DNA of 64,000 nucleotides from sequence record MN508624.2. One strand, 5' to 3'. Below the pieces are notes generated by a model. It searched no databases, was not told the DNA's origin, and saw only the letters and a list, made by a program, of their open reading frames with translations. The stretch is from Enterobacter phage EC-F2. The translations under genes were made by a program, and so were the position numbers. Every line of letters starts with the position of its first letter. The first letter of the stretch is position 1. Below, one piece after another: positions 27,526 through 36,935 of the stretch.

Positions 27526-29423
27526 TTCACCGAAAATTTATGTTTTCCGTTCACCCAGTCTTTACGCGGATCGGATTCATCACCGAAACACAGTTCCAGA
27601 ACGTCTTTGTATTCGTCGCCCAGTACGATTGTATCGTATTTTAACTGGTCGCCCAACACCCGATCGTAATCTTCTTTGCGTAAAGAACCCAGCCCTTTGA
27701 TATATCGTACCTCTTTCGCTTTATCGCGGAACGGTGCGAAATCTTCAAGGGAGTAGAACCATTTTTCATCTTTACCGACTTTCGCAATGATAATCGGTGT
27801 GCGGATATAACGGATCTTTTTCTTCTCGAACAACTCAGGCCAGCGGCTAAAGAACGCAATCAGTAGGGTGAGAATATCGCCCCCGTCAACGTCCGCATCG
27901 ACCATGATCCCGATGTTGTCGTAAGTCATTTCGGAAGAGTCGCCTGGATGGAGATTCAGGATCGCCATGAGTTCAGACAATTCTTTGTTTTTGAGCACTT
28001 CTAAGTTACTCATTCCCCAGGTGTTCAACGGTTTGCCACGTAGCGGAAATGCGCCTTGTGTCTCTTCGTTTCTGCACTCGATAAACTGCCCTACAGCGGA
28101 ATCGCCCTCGGTCAGAAACAAAGTGGTTTCTACCCCGTCAGTGTCGATCCCTGATGCCGGAACATGTTTTGCAACCTTCGCCTTTTTCGCTTTCTTCTTC
28201 GCTTTGGTAATGGCTGCGGCTTCTGCTGCCTGTTTACGAATCAGAGCGGACTCAATGATCGGAGTGATTATTTCAGAAGTATCCATAATCTGTTTCGCGA
28301 TCTTTTTATAGTTCAGTCCGGCGTGGTTGTTGAACTCCCCAGCGGTGTTAGTCAGTTTTTCTTTCGTCTGACTATCAAAAGCTGGTGCATTGAAGTTATG
28401 CAAAAACACAACCAAAGTCAAGCATTCTTTTACACGGGCTTTCGGGATCTCGATAGCGTGTGTTTTCTTGATCATCGGTTCGAGTTCGGAATAGATACCG
28501 TCGATCATGGTGTCAACATGAACACCGCCGTTTTTCGTATCCAGACCGTTAACGAAGGATTTCTGTTTGAAACCGTCTTCTGTGCTCGCCAGGATGAAAC
28601 TGATTTTGTTGTTTGTCTGGGTAATCGTTTTATCGCCATACATCGCGCCATACATCGCGAATTTGTTCGGGAGGATATCGCCGTTATATGTGAATTTAAC
28701 GGCAGGGAAAGCCACTGCAAGCGCCATAAGGCGGTCTTTGATGACTTCCTTTGTCTCTTCGTCGATACCGTCCACACCGAAGATAGAGAAGTCAGGGGTA
28801 AACTTAACGGTTGTCCCTTGCTCCTTCGTCGGGCTGGTGCGGTAATCCATGTTCTGCGCCCCGTCCGTACAGTTGATCGTGACTTTGCGTTTACCGTTGG
28901 ATGTCTCACCGATAAAGATCGCGCTGTAACAGTTTGTCAGGAAAGAACCTACACCGTTCATCCCCATTGTTACGCGGTTTTCGTCATCGAAGTTAGAACC
29001 GGATTTAGCCATTGTCCATGCTGCAACAGGTTTAGGAACAATCTTCCCTTCTGGCGTTCTCACGTCATCTTGTGGAATACCGCGTCCGTTGTCCGAAATA
29101 GTAACCAGGTTGTGATCAATCTTGACTTCGATTTTGTTCGCAAATTTGAAATCAGTTCGGATCGCTTCGTCGATGGAGTTATCCAGGATTTCGTTGATGA
29201 TTTTCACCAACCCTTCCACGTATTCCACTTTGCGGAATTGCCCCATGATAAAACGTTCATGGGCTTCTTTGTTCACTGAACCCACGTACATATTCGGACG
29301 TTTGCGAATGTGATCGCGATCGCTCAAGCAGAATGATTCATCCACCTTAGCGCCCTTTGCTGGGGCTTCTGGTGCTTTCTGCGGCTCGTTATCGTCCATT
29401 AAGAAATCTAAACTCATATTCAC
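27522..29423 (-). CDS. 39: DNA topoisomerase II large subunit, gp39 and gp60 fused (GyrB-like ATPase + TOPRIM)
   Basis: 633 aa; GHKL ATPase motifs (EILDNSIDEA, GRGIP), TOPRIM (EGDSA), continuous through the region split into 39/60 in T4. Confidence 0.85.
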   Translation of the reverse strand: MNMSLDFLMDDNEPQKAPEAPAKGAKVDESFCLSDRDHIRKRPNMYVGSVNKEAHERFIMGQFRKVEYVEGLVKIINEILDNSIDEAIRTDFKFANKIEVKIDHNLVTISDNGRGIPQDDVRTPEGKIVPKPVAAWTMAKSGSNFDDENRVTMGMNGVGSFLTNCYSAIFIGETSNGKRKVTINCTDGAQNMDYRTSPTKEQGTTVKFTPDFSIFGVDGIDEETKEVIKDRLMALAVAFPAVKFTYNGDILPNKFAMYGAMYGDKTITQTNNKISFILASTEDGFKQKSFVNGLDTKNGGVHVDTMIDGIYSELEPMIKKTHAIEIPKARVKECLTLVVFLHNFNAPAFDSQTKEKLTNTAGEFNNHAGLNYKKIAKQIMDTSEIITPIIESALIRKQAAEAAAITKAKKKAKKAKVAKHVPASGIDTDGVETTLFLTEGDSAVGQFIECRNEETQGAFPLRGKPLNTWGMSNLEVLKNKELSELMAILNLHPGDSSEMTYDNIGIMVDADVDGGDILTLLIAFFSRWPELFEKKKIRYIRTPIIIAKVGKDEKWFYSLEDFAPFRDKAKEVRYIKGLGSLRKEDYDRVLGDQLKYDTIVLGDEYKDVLELCFGDESDPRKDWVNGKHKFSVK

Positions 29424-29459
29424 CTCTTTATTAGTTCTCAGGCATTATATAGGGTTCTA

Positions 29460-29484
29460 TGAAAAAGAAAACCCCTTTCGGGGT
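29460..29484 (-). terminator. hairpin terminator
   Basis: aaaccccttcggggttt. Confidence 0.5.
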
Positions 29485-29649
29485 TTACTTGTTGTACGGG
29501 AAACCGTCTTTCACCATCTGCGGCTTATCAACCGTTCGTTTCGCCTCGCCCCCGCAATCACAATCTTTCGGTTCGTCGCGGCTTGCGATGCTGGACATTT
29601 TCGGGAATTCTTTTTCGCACTTGGTGCATTTATAGGTATATGTTGGCAT
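29485..29649 (-). CDS. FmdB-family zinc-ribbon protein (54 aa)
   Basis: MPTYTYKCTKCEKEF...CDCGG; start at internal ATG 29649. Confidence 0.5.
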   Translation of the reverse strand: MPTYTYKCTKCEKEFPKMSSIASRDEPKDCDCGGEAKRTVDKPQMVKDGFPYNK

Positions 29650-30080
29650 TAATAAATCTCTGACAATGGAATAAAACGGATCGGGGTTGCGGCTTTGCTG
29701 AAAACACATTGCTTATTCCCAGCGAACAGGAGATCAGTTTCGTACACCATACAGATATATCCCTGATTCTCCAAAATTTGCCGCTCCCAGCTATCGAACC
29801 ATTTAGACAACTTCTGCAATGAAGAGAAGCCGAAAATATAGCTACGATAATTTTTACCATGTTTTTTGAGGTTACGCATTAAACGAAGGTCTTCGCATGG
29901 TGCGGGGTGACGAGTCTCGGAGATACCGAAGTTTAAACCGAACTCGATTCCATGAATATCAAGATACTCATAGAGATCGTCTTCATCACCGACACAACCC
30001 GTATACGGGCCTAATTGCTTACACCATCCATCATATTTGGATAATATAGACGCTTTCAATTCAACGCGATAAACCAACAT
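29649..30080 (-). CDS. hypothetical protein (143 aa)
   Basis: ORF. Confidence 0.45.
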   Translation of the reverse strand: MLVYRVELKASILSKYDGWCKQLGPYTGCVGDEDDLYEYLDIHGIEFGLNFGISETRHPAPCEDLRLMRNLKKHGKNYRSYIFGFSSLQKLSKWFDSWERQILENQGYICMVYETDLLFAGNKQCVFSKAATPIRFIPLSEIY

Positions 30081-30100
30081 GATCCGATCCTCGTAATTGA

Positions 30101-30700
30101 TTAACTACAAGTAGAGTACCACTTATCTAATTTCTTATCAAGCAGTTTATTGATCACTTGCGCGATTTCTGTCGTCCCGTGGGTTGTACTCAGTTTCAGG
30201 TAAATCACATCCAGGGCACACACGATCGCATCAACGCTTTCTTCGACGATATCACCGCCGCGTTGAGGCTGAACGAGACATTCGGAGATCTCCCCAACCT
30301 CTGCGGACAGGTGGTGAACCACGTCGCTAACGGTTCGTTTTTTGACGCTATGAGCGGTCTTGAAAAACTTATCCAGAACTACAGCGGAATTTTCGCGCGG
30401 TACTTCCTCACCTTTATTGACGTGGATCGTAATTTCAGTTTCCGGTTCTGGTGCAACCCATACCGGATTGAAAAGCCCTTTCATATCGTTGAACTTTACA
30501 GGAACGGGAATACCTTCAAGATAAAGAATCCCTGTTTCTTCATACACCATACTGATCCGGCGTGGTGAATTGAAGTCCATCGGATTCTTACGCAACGCGT
30601 CATACATACGACGAATCGGATCGGCTTCTGATGCCATTTGACACACAGCCATTAAAATAGATTTCGGGGCGTACATATCGCCAACTTTATACTTGCTCAT
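30101..30700 (-). CDS. hypothetical protein (199 aa), C-terminal region weakly MazG-like
   Basis: LSAEVGEISE...VEESVDAIVCALDVIYL acidic helices resembling NTP pyrophosphohydrolase motifs; weak. Confidence 0.45.
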   Translation of the reverse strand: MSKYKVGDMYAPKSILMAVCQMASEADPIRRMYDALRKNPMDFNSPRRISMVYEETGILYLEGIPVPVKFNDMKGLFNPVWVAPEPETEITIHVNKGEEVPRENSAVVLDKFFKTAHSVKKRTVSDVVHHLSAEVGEISECLVQPQRGGDIVEESVDAIVCALDVIYLKLSTTHGTTEIAQVINKLLDKKLDKWYSTCS

Positions 30701-30986
30701 TTACAATACCTTTATGATAACCAACAATAAAACAGTTCACTTCTGGACGTTCGCCAGGGAAATGCACACACTGCATGACGCGTTCAGCCATGAGTTCTTC
30801 GCCCAAATAAACAGAGGTGGTTTCTTCGTTGTAATGACAATCATACGAAGTCTTAACACTCATACCAGGCAATCCGGCGATATGCATAAACTTTGAGTTC
30901 GTGCATGGTTTACCCTCAATGTTCTTTCCGTTTACATCAAACGTTGCAAACATTTCGGTTTTGCTGTTCTTTGGGCGTCTGCTCAT
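30687..30986 (-). CDS. hypothetical protein (99 aa)
   Basis: ORF. Confidence 0.4.
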   Translation of the reverse strand: MSRRPKNSKTEMFATFDVNGKNIEGKPCTNSKFMHIAGLPGMSVKTSYDCHYNEETTSVYLGEELMAERVMQCVHFPGERPEVNCFIVGYHKGIVNEQV

Positions 30987-31573
30987 TTCTTCACAACCTC
31001 ATTATATGTTGACAGGTTCCATTCATGCACTTCCGGCACTTTGGAGTAATGATCCAGGAATACTAACTGGACTTGCATAACATTAGCACGATCCATATTG
31101 AAAAGGAAACGTTGCGGGGAAGTAATACACAGGAAATCTTCGGTACTTCCTCTGCTTGCGCTAAACTCTTTTGTTTCTCCGCCGTCAAATTTAGCATAGA
31201 CTGGCGTAGAAAAATACGGGGCGAATAGTTCGCGTTTGGAATCGTCCGTAATCGCGCTGAAACACACGTCTACGAGCTTTCCGGTTCCTTCCCGTCTGAT
31301 GGTGAGCATTGTCCCTTTCGTGCGCCCTAAGACGTTTACAGAGCGCGTGGTGACATCACCAAAAGCGTTTGTGTAACTCACAGTCTCCACAAAGCCCATA
31401 TCACGACGTTGTTTTAACATTGCTTCGTGTTGCGCTTCTGCATCCTGTTCTACTACTCGTTGTGCGGCTTCATACGCCGCTTTGTTCGGATCTCTTGATT
31501 GCCATGCGAAGAATAAAACCCCTGCGGCTATCAGTCCGAAGATTGACCAACTTGCGGTCGCTGATAGTTTCAT
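30983..31573 (-). CDS. secreted or membrane-anchored protein (196 aa)
   Basis: N-terminal signal/TM MKLSATASWSIFGLIAAGVLFFAW. Confidence 0.45.
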   Translation of the reverse strand: MKLSATASWSIFGLIAAGVLFFAWQSRDPNKAAYEAAQRVVEQDAEAQHEAMLKQRRDMGFVETVSYTNAFGDVTTRSVNVLGRTKGTMLTIRREGTGKLVDVCFSAITDDSKRELFAPYFSTPVYAKFDGGETKEFSASRGSTEDFLCITSPQRFLFNMDRANVMQVQLVFLDHYSKVPEVHEWNLSTYNEVVKK

Positions 31574-31605
31574 TTTAATATTCCAAAGGGGCCGAAGCCC
31601 CGATT

Positions 31606-31938
31606 TTAGCGAAGATAGCGAACGTAACCGCTACGGTCGATCGCGTTCTCTGGGTTGTTGAAGATATTACCGCGAATACCCTTAGCAGGTGCTTTCCATC
31701 CTGCGGCTTTCAGGATATTGCCGTCATTGTCCAGGAAACCAGCAACTGAACGCTGATCGAACATTTCACCAGTCTGTTTGTTGCGAGTATCCTGCACAAT
31801 ACGATGATACTTACGGCCTTTTTCCAGAACGAAAACAGTTTCAAAGAATTCGTTTTCGAATGCGCCACCGTTACGGGCTTTGAACATCGCATCCAGTAAA
31901 GGCTGTGCTGCGGCTTTCAGTTCGTCAAAAGTATACAT
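31606..31938 (-). CDS. hypothetical protein (110 aa)
   Basis: ORF preceded by promoter TGATATAGT + leader ATCGAAACGAAACAGAC. Confidence 0.5.
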   Translation of the reverse strand: MYTFDELKAAAQPLLDAMFKARNGGAFENEFFETVFVLEKGRKYHRIVQDTRNKQTGEMFDQRSVAGFLDNDGNILKAAGWKAPAKGIRGNIFNNPENAIDRSGYVRYLR

Positions 31939-32023
31939 GGCAATCTCCTAAAGTCTGTTTCGTTTCGATGGGATAACTATATCAAAGCTATCCCGTGAAG
32001 TCTTTAGCAAAAAGTGCTATTTG

Positions 32024-32227
32024 TTAAACCCGTTTCCCTTGATACCATTTCGGGAAAATAACCCGGTCAATAAAAGTTCTCCCCAAGTTGAAACTATCAC
32101 CGAACAGGAGAACACCAAACAAAGGGTCGTGCTTGATATCGTTTTTCCCGACAGTCTTCATTTTCCCTTCGTGGATCACGGTGTCACCCACCGTGATATC
32201 CTTGATGCTTACTTTTACATGATGCAT
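32024..32227 (-). CDS. hypothetical protein (67 aa)
   Basis: ORF. Confidence 0.35.
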   Translation of the reverse strand: MHHVKVSIKDITVGDTVIHEGKMKTVGKNDIKHDPLFGVLLFGDSFNLGRTFIDRVIFPKWYQGKRV

Positions 32228-32376
32228 ACAATCACCTCTGCGAGTTTAGCAGGTTTTGCTTCTGGTCTAACTTTCAACGCATCATTCAGATTCTTTTCAA
32301 CCATTGCTACCGCGTCGTTTTCGTTGAAACCGTTCTTAACCAGGACTTTAACTACTTTGGCTTCTAAGTTTTTCAT
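32215..32376 (-). CDS. hypothetical protein (53 aa)
   Basis: Start at internal ATG 32376, immediately downstream of promoter + leader ATCGAAACGAAACAGAC. Confidence 0.35.
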   Translation of the reverse strand: MKNLEAKVVKVLVKNGFNENDAVAMVEKNLNDALKVRPEAKPAKLAEVIVCIM

Positions 32377-32450
32377 GATGCGTTCCTTTTGTCTGTTTCG
32401 TTTCGATGTGTGTAATATACTGCATATCGAAATTTGGGTCAATACCCAAA

Positions 32451-32936
32451 TCAAAGAAAATCGTATTTTTCTTTTAATTTTTCGTAATACGTATCCCATG
32501 CGGCTTCGTCGTTGATGATCTCAGTACCGAACCGATAAGCACGTTTGCGCAGTTCGAAACGTTCACGGATACGCTCAACATTGATTTTCACTGATTCCGG
32601 CGTTGGTTGCCAGTCCGCGCACAAATGACGATGAAACAGGGAGTTTGACAACGGACTAAGATCGAAATCTTCGTATGCACCGTCCATGTATTCTTTACCG
32701 TTACGCGCAAGGTATTCAGCACGTAATGCAGCATGACGATCGCGAAGGTATCCCAGCTTATTGTAAAAGAAGGTTACGTGTCCGGTTCCCAGCGTATACA
32801 CAGCAGGGATTTTTGACAGGTTGATTTTTGCCTTACCTGATAAAACGGCATTGGGAATGCGAGGGAGTTCGCGCAGTTCTGCGATCAGGTGTTCGTTCAG
32901 CAGAAGAGAAGGATCGATTGTGTTAATACGTGTCAT
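32451..32936 (-). CDS. denV: endonuclease V, pyrimidine-dimer DNA glycosylase
   Basis: Start at internal ATG 32936; MTRIN...HLIAELRELPRIPNAV...LGTGHVTFFYNKLGYLRDRH parallels T4 DenV MTRIN...HLMAEYRELPRVFGAV...[20 protein letters not shown]. Confidence 0.85.
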   Translation of the reverse strand: MTRINTIDPSLLLNEHLIAELRELPRIPNAVLSGKAKINLSKIPAVYTLGTGHVTFFYNKLGYLRDRHAALRAEYLARNGKEYMDGAYEDFDLSPLSNSLFHRHLCADWQPTPESVKINVERIRERFELRKRAYRFGTEIINDEAAWDTYYEKLKEKYDFL

Positions 32937-32967
32937 AGTTGCCTCCTTTTGGTATGTGCGCAATATA

Positions 32968-32998
32968 CAAAAAAGCCTCTTGCAATGCAAGAGGCTAT
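32968..32998 (-). terminator. terminator hairpin (repeated cassette family) followed by -10-like
   Basis: caaaaaagcctcttgcaatgcaagaggct; near-identical to 26199-26230. Confidence 0.6.
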
Positions 32999-33003
32999 TA
33001 AAA

Positions 33004-33312
33004 TTATTTTGCCAGTGGTATAAGCATCTTTCGCATACCGCCGTTTTGTGTCGCATCATACACGCGTTTAGCTTCAATAAGGGAAAGTTCGATATGGTAT
33101 GATTTCCCTTTCCCGTCAAAATCAAACGTTACTGTGCCGCTTGCTACGCTTACATGAGTAAAGATGAACTCACCAGCGAAATGCTTTCGAAACGCTTTGT
33201 CATGATCTAGGAACCATTCAAACGCTTCTCCGTGCTGGTACAGTCTGACGATAATCATTGAAACTATGACGAAAATCAGAACTGCTGCGACGATCGTAAG
33301 TTCTTTCATCAC
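33004..33312 (-). CDS. membrane protein (102 aa)
   Basis: N-terminal TM LTIVAAVLIFVIVSMIIV. Confidence 0.45.
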   Translation of the reverse strand: MMKELTIVAAVLIFVIVSMIIVRLYQHGEAFEWFLDHDKAFRKHFAGEFIFTHVSVASGTVTFDFDGKGKSYHIELSLIEAKRVYDATQNGGMRKMLIPLAK

Positions 33313-33518
33313 TTACCCCTGTTTACAGATTGACGGTGCAGCACACGGTTAACGCGTGGCGCTTGATACGGTTTCATTTTGTACGGTGTTGGATCAGAGT
33401 ATTCGATCCGGTTCGGCATTGCGTACAGTTCAACGCGTGGTTGAATCCAGCGGATTGAGTCGATTAACCCTTGAGTTAACGCACGACCGAAACCTACACC
33501 AACTAAACATAAACGCAT
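33309..33518 (-). CDS. hypothetical protein (69 aa)
   Basis: ORF. Confidence 0.35.
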   Translation of the reverse strand: MRLCLVGVGFGRALTQGLIDSIRWIQPRVELYAMPNRIEYSDPTPYKMKPYQAPRVNRVLHRQSVNRGK

Positions 33519-33527
33519 AATATCCCC

Positions 33528-33671
33528 TTACTGTGCCAGAATGTGAAGCCATTCACCTAACCACACGATCGCCTGATAAGACAACCACACCGCACCGGAT
33601 ACACACGCAATCACACCAATGATCGCAAATCCGATTAAAATGTTCAAACCTTCTTTCAAATCACCAAACAT
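33528..33671 (-). CDS. small membrane peptide (47 aa), below ORF-track threshold
   Basis: MFGDLKEGLNILIGFAIIGVIACVSGAVWLSYQAIVWLGEWLHILAQ, RBS aagagga 7 nt upstream, sits between terminator cassette and next gene. Confidence 0.45.
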   Translation of the reverse strand: MFGDLKEGLNILIGFAIIGVIACVSGAVWLSYQAIVWLGEWLHILAQ

Positions 33672-33739
33672 GTTTCATCCTCTTTTGTTTCAGTCCCTAC
33701 AAAATAACAAAGCCCCTGCACGAATGCAAGGGCTTTTTA

Positions 33740-34021
33740 TCATAATTCGACTAACTGAGGCAATTTCAGAACCATCCCCGGAAGGATATAGCTTGCATTA
33801 CTAACGGTTTTACGGTTCAACTTAGCGATAGACTGCCAGCGCTCACCACAACCGTATAATTTTTCAGCGATTGAATACATGCTATCGCCAGGCTGAACAA
33901 CATATTCATCGTATTCGACTTTAACGAACGCGGGGTTCATGAGAATGTCAAACATCTGCGCTTTTGCTTCGTTCAGTGTTTTTGCATGTACAGTTTTACC
34001 CACAAATGATAATTTAATCAT
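33740..34021 (-). CDS. LysM domain protein (93 aa)
   Basis: YVVQPGDSMYSIAEKLYG...IAKLN...ILPGMVLKLP LysM signature. Confidence 0.55.
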   Translation of the reverse strand: MIKLSFVGKTVHAKTLNEAKAQMFDILMNPAFVKVEYDEYVVQPGDSMYSIAEKLYGCGERWQSIAKLNRKTVSNASYILPGMVLKLPQLVEL

Positions 34022-34689
34022 CTTTTCCTCGGCAGACTCAATGGATCGGTTTCTTCTTCACTTGGGGGTTCTTCCAGCCCCAGCGCATATCTCAATGAAT
34101 AGACTATCATCAAAACATCTTTCGCGCAATCGTGAATTGAATTATGCATCACAAAACCATCAAGTAACCCTTTCCGAAGAGGACAGGTCGAAGCATCACG
34201 CGTTAACAGGCGGTTTTCGATACATGTACGCACATCGCGACTATTCCAGAACACGGTCGGCATATCTTCGAAGATGTCGATCTTACCAACCATCTTACGC
34301 ACGATATCAACCAGGATACCGCGATCGAATTCAGGGCCGCGAACGTAATCGAGTGATTGCCAACGGCTCACACCGTCCGCTTTCAGGTCTTCGAAGAATT
34401 GTCTGTGTCCTGCATACAGTTCCAAATCCTCCGGCGACGGTTTCAGGATTGTGCGGGCTTCTTCGCTTTGTTGTTTCCACCAGGCGATTGTTCCCTGATC
34501 GGCAATACGATCGGGCTGATTACGCAAATCGAATTTGTATTTGCGTCCCCTTGCAACCAGTTCCGCGAACGTTGGCGGGTTGTGTGGATCATCAACAAAC
34601 GGAACGTATGAGAGTTCGATCACCTTCCCGTTCGGGGAAGGACCAACCGTTTCATAATCCCATACGTAATCTACGGGTAAATGACTCAT
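34018..34689 (-). CDS. dexA: exonuclease A (DEDDh 3'-5' exonuclease)
   Basis: 223 aa; ELVARGRKYKFDL...WWKQQSEEAR...CPLRKGLLDGFVMHNSIHDCAKDVLMIVYSLRYALGLEEPPSEEETDPLSLP matches T4 DexA almost collinearly. Confidence 0.85.
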   Translation of the reverse strand: MSHLPVDYVWDYETVGPSPNGKVIELSYVPFVDDPHNPPTFAELVARGRKYKFDLRNQPDRIADQGTIAWWKQQSEEARTILKPSPEDLELYAGHRQFFEDLKADGVSRWQSLDYVRGPEFDRGILVDIVRKMVGKIDIFEDMPTVFWNSRDVRTCIENRLLTRDASTCPLRKGLLDGFVMHNSIHDCAKDVLMIVYSLRYALGLEEPPSEEETDPLSLPRKR

Positions 34690-34997
34690 GAACTTCTCCG
34701 CTTGTACTCTTCCATGAAGTATGCCAGCGTAAGCGCAACTTCTGGGTTGATGTCGAATGTTCGGATCTCTTCGCTAGCCATTGACATCATTCCGAACTGA
34801 CGCAAACCGCAATGATAGATCGCTTTTTCCAGGCGGCTTGCATTTTCAACAGCTTCCATGAATTCATAGAGCAAATCAATATCAATATTCACCGGAAGGT
34901 CTGTGCGTGGAGTTTTGAAAATCAGGTCTGCAATTGCTTCCGCGTGGAGGCGTGGGATCTGGATAGATACATCTTTTTTCATGATATTAGTGTCCAT
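34686..34997 (-). CDS. hypothetical protein (103 aa)
   Basis: ORF. Confidence 0.4.
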   Translation of the reverse strand: MDTNIMKKDVSIQIPRLHAEAIADLIFKTPRTDLPVNIDIDLLYEFMEAVENASRLEKAIYHCGLRQFGMMSMASEEIRTFDINPEVALTLAYFMEEYKRRSS

Positions 34998-35293
34998 ATG
35001 TCTTTATCTTCACGAATGTTTCGTGCCATTCTAAGGATCAGCACGATAACGCCATATTCATCATAAGTCAGTTCAACTTCTTTTGCAATAGGAGACCATG
35101 AATAACTTGGCCCGTTCGGAGAATAAAGAACATCGTTAGACTTTTCAATGAAGCGCAAACGGTGAATAACTTCTTGCGGATCTGCTGCGCTATACATCCC
35201 GAACACATTGACCGCATGTGGATCTTTTTCTCGAATTTTATCGAGTGCTTCAAGAATTCGGGGAATGTCTTTTACAAGGATAGTCAATTTCAT
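34979..35293 (-). CDS. hypothetical protein (104 aa)
   Basis: ORF. Confidence 0.4.
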   Translation of the reverse strand: MKLTILVKDIPRILEALDKIREKDPHAVNVFGMYSAADPQEVIHRLRFIEKSNDVLYSPNGPSYSWSPIAKEVELTYDEYGVIVLILRMARNIREDKDIWTLIS

Positions 35294-35319
35294 AATAACC
35301 TCAAAAGGGGCAAAGCCCC

Positions 35320-36651
35320 TTATACATAATCAACGGTGTAACGTGCGCGGGTTACGCCCACATAGATTAACTGCTTACACAGATCGTAATCTGCGAACGC
35401 ATACGCATCGCGCGTGTACATATACGCATGGTCATACGTGCTCCCCTGTGATTTGTGATACGTGCAAACCGGAAGAGGCTTAACATCCTGGAACTTGTTT
35501 TTAATCGCCCAGAACGAATGCCACGGGGCTTTATAGCCTGTTTGCTGCTTGATGCGCTTATAAGTGCTCGCAACGTAGGCCAGATAGTTACCCAGACGGT
35601 CTTTCATCACCGGATCAACAACAACCTGAATCTGTGCTTCGGTTTCCTCTTCGAGCGATACCGTTTTCAGAAGATAGAATTCAAGTTCGATCTTCTCGTC
35701 GCACTTCTCCGCCTTGATAACTTCCCGACGCGGGATGATTTCTAAGACTCGGATTTTTTCGTTGTTGTTATAAACAATCTCGGTGAAGATCTGCCCGTTC
35801 AACCGCATTTCCTGAACTAACGGTTCCTGCATCACGATCACTTCATCGAGAATGAAAGGTTCTGTTGTTTTGTACAGGTGTTTACGGATCGTTGCGTTCA
35901 GCTTGTCCACGTTGTCGTTAGTGTAAGCGAACATGCGGTTCTCGATCAAGTCATCCGGCGTTTTGACACGGCGGAAATACTGACGGAGGAAGTCAACAGC
36001 GTTAGCATGTTGGAACACACCCAGATCACCGACAGACATCGGTTTCAGCATCTTACCATCACGTACAGCCCGTGAAACCTGAATAATCGGGTTCCCTTCT
36101 GCCTGACGCATGATTTTATCCATACGGATAACATCAAAGATTTCTTCATCAAAGAACGGGGAGAGTTCAACACGTCCATCGGCGTTTACCGGACGGATCT
36201 GATCTTTATCACCCAGTCCCAGAATAACAGCGTTGCTTGGAATACTGCGCCGGATGATTCGGAACAGATCCATATCAACCATCGAGACTTCTTCAACAAC
36301 GAACACGCGACAGGTAGACAGATCAGGCGCTTTCTTGCCTTTCTGCTGTTCGAACACACGCAGTTCTTCGTTTGTCACAGGGCTAATCTTCAATGCAGAA
36401 TGAATCGTTGTTGCGTCCATTCCGGTAGCCGCTGCTAACACGTTTTTAGCCTGGTGTGTTGGGGCAGTTAACCAAATACCGCTAATCCCCAACCCTTTCA
36501 GAGTGTTAAAGACAAACTTAACCAGTGTTGTTTTACCAACACCAGGGCCACCCGTAATAGTTGTATGAATGGCGTTCTGGATGTTGTGGATCACGCGATC
36601 ATGCGCGGACTTCTGATCGTCACTCAGATCATCAAATGTTAACTCGCTCAT
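35320..36651 (-). CDS. dda: Dda DNA helicase (SF1B)
   Basis: 443 aa; TFDDLSDDQK, GGPGVGKTT Walker A, collinear with T4 Dda through to C-terminal VGVTRARYTVDYV. Confidence 0.9.
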   Translation of the reverse strand: MSELTFDDLSDDQKSAHDRVIHNIQNAIHTTITGGPGVGKTTLVKFVFNTLKGLGISGIWLTAPTHQAKNVLAAATGMDATTIHSALKISPVTNEELRVFEQQKGKKAPDLSTCRVFVVEEVSMVDMDLFRIIRRSIPSNAVILGLGDKDQIRPVNADGRVELSPFFDEEIFDVIRMDKIMRQAEGNPIIQVSRAVRDGKMLKPMSVGDLGVFQHANAVDFLRQYFRRVKTPDDLIENRMFAYTNDNVDKLNATIRKHLYKTTEPFILDEVIVMQEPLVQEMRLNGQIFTEIVYNNNEKIRVLEIIPRREVIKAEKCDEKIELEFYLLKTVSLEEETEAQIQVVVDPVMKDRLGNYLAYVASTYKRIKQQTGYKAPWHSFWAIKNKFQDVKPLPVCTYHKSQGSTYDHAYMYTRDAYAFADYDLCKQLIYVGVTRARYTVDYV

Positions 36652-36935
36652 AATTTGAGTAATACCCCTTGAATTTTCGAATTCTCAATAAACCAACGCA
36701 TCTCTTTTTTCTGTTCTTCGGTTGCTGGTAGTTGCTCGGTTTTGCGGAAGAAACTGAAACGCGGTTCGTCCGGCGTGTAGTTCAGTTTGGTTTCGTAGCA
36801 CTTGCGGATAAAATCTAATTTATCTTTTGCAAGTTGCGGTGATGCAAACAGTTCCGGCGTTTTCCCGTTTTCAACGTGTGGAATAGTAAAGCCGTCTTTG
36901 TCTTTCGTAACAATGATATAGTATTTGTCAATCAT
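36648..36935 (-). CDS. hypothetical protein (95 aa)
   Basis: ORF. Confidence 0.4.
   Translation of the reverse strand: MIDKYYIIVTKDKDGFTIPHVENGKTPELFASPQLAKDKLDFIRKCYETKLNYTPDEPRFSFFRKTEQLPATEEQKKEMRWFIENSKIQGVLLKL

Noticed and set aside
28164-29279. 371-aa plus-strand ORF
   Set aside because: Lies entirely antisense to the conserved topoisomerase gp39/60 gene; Cys/Phe-rich low-complexity translation typical of antisense frames.
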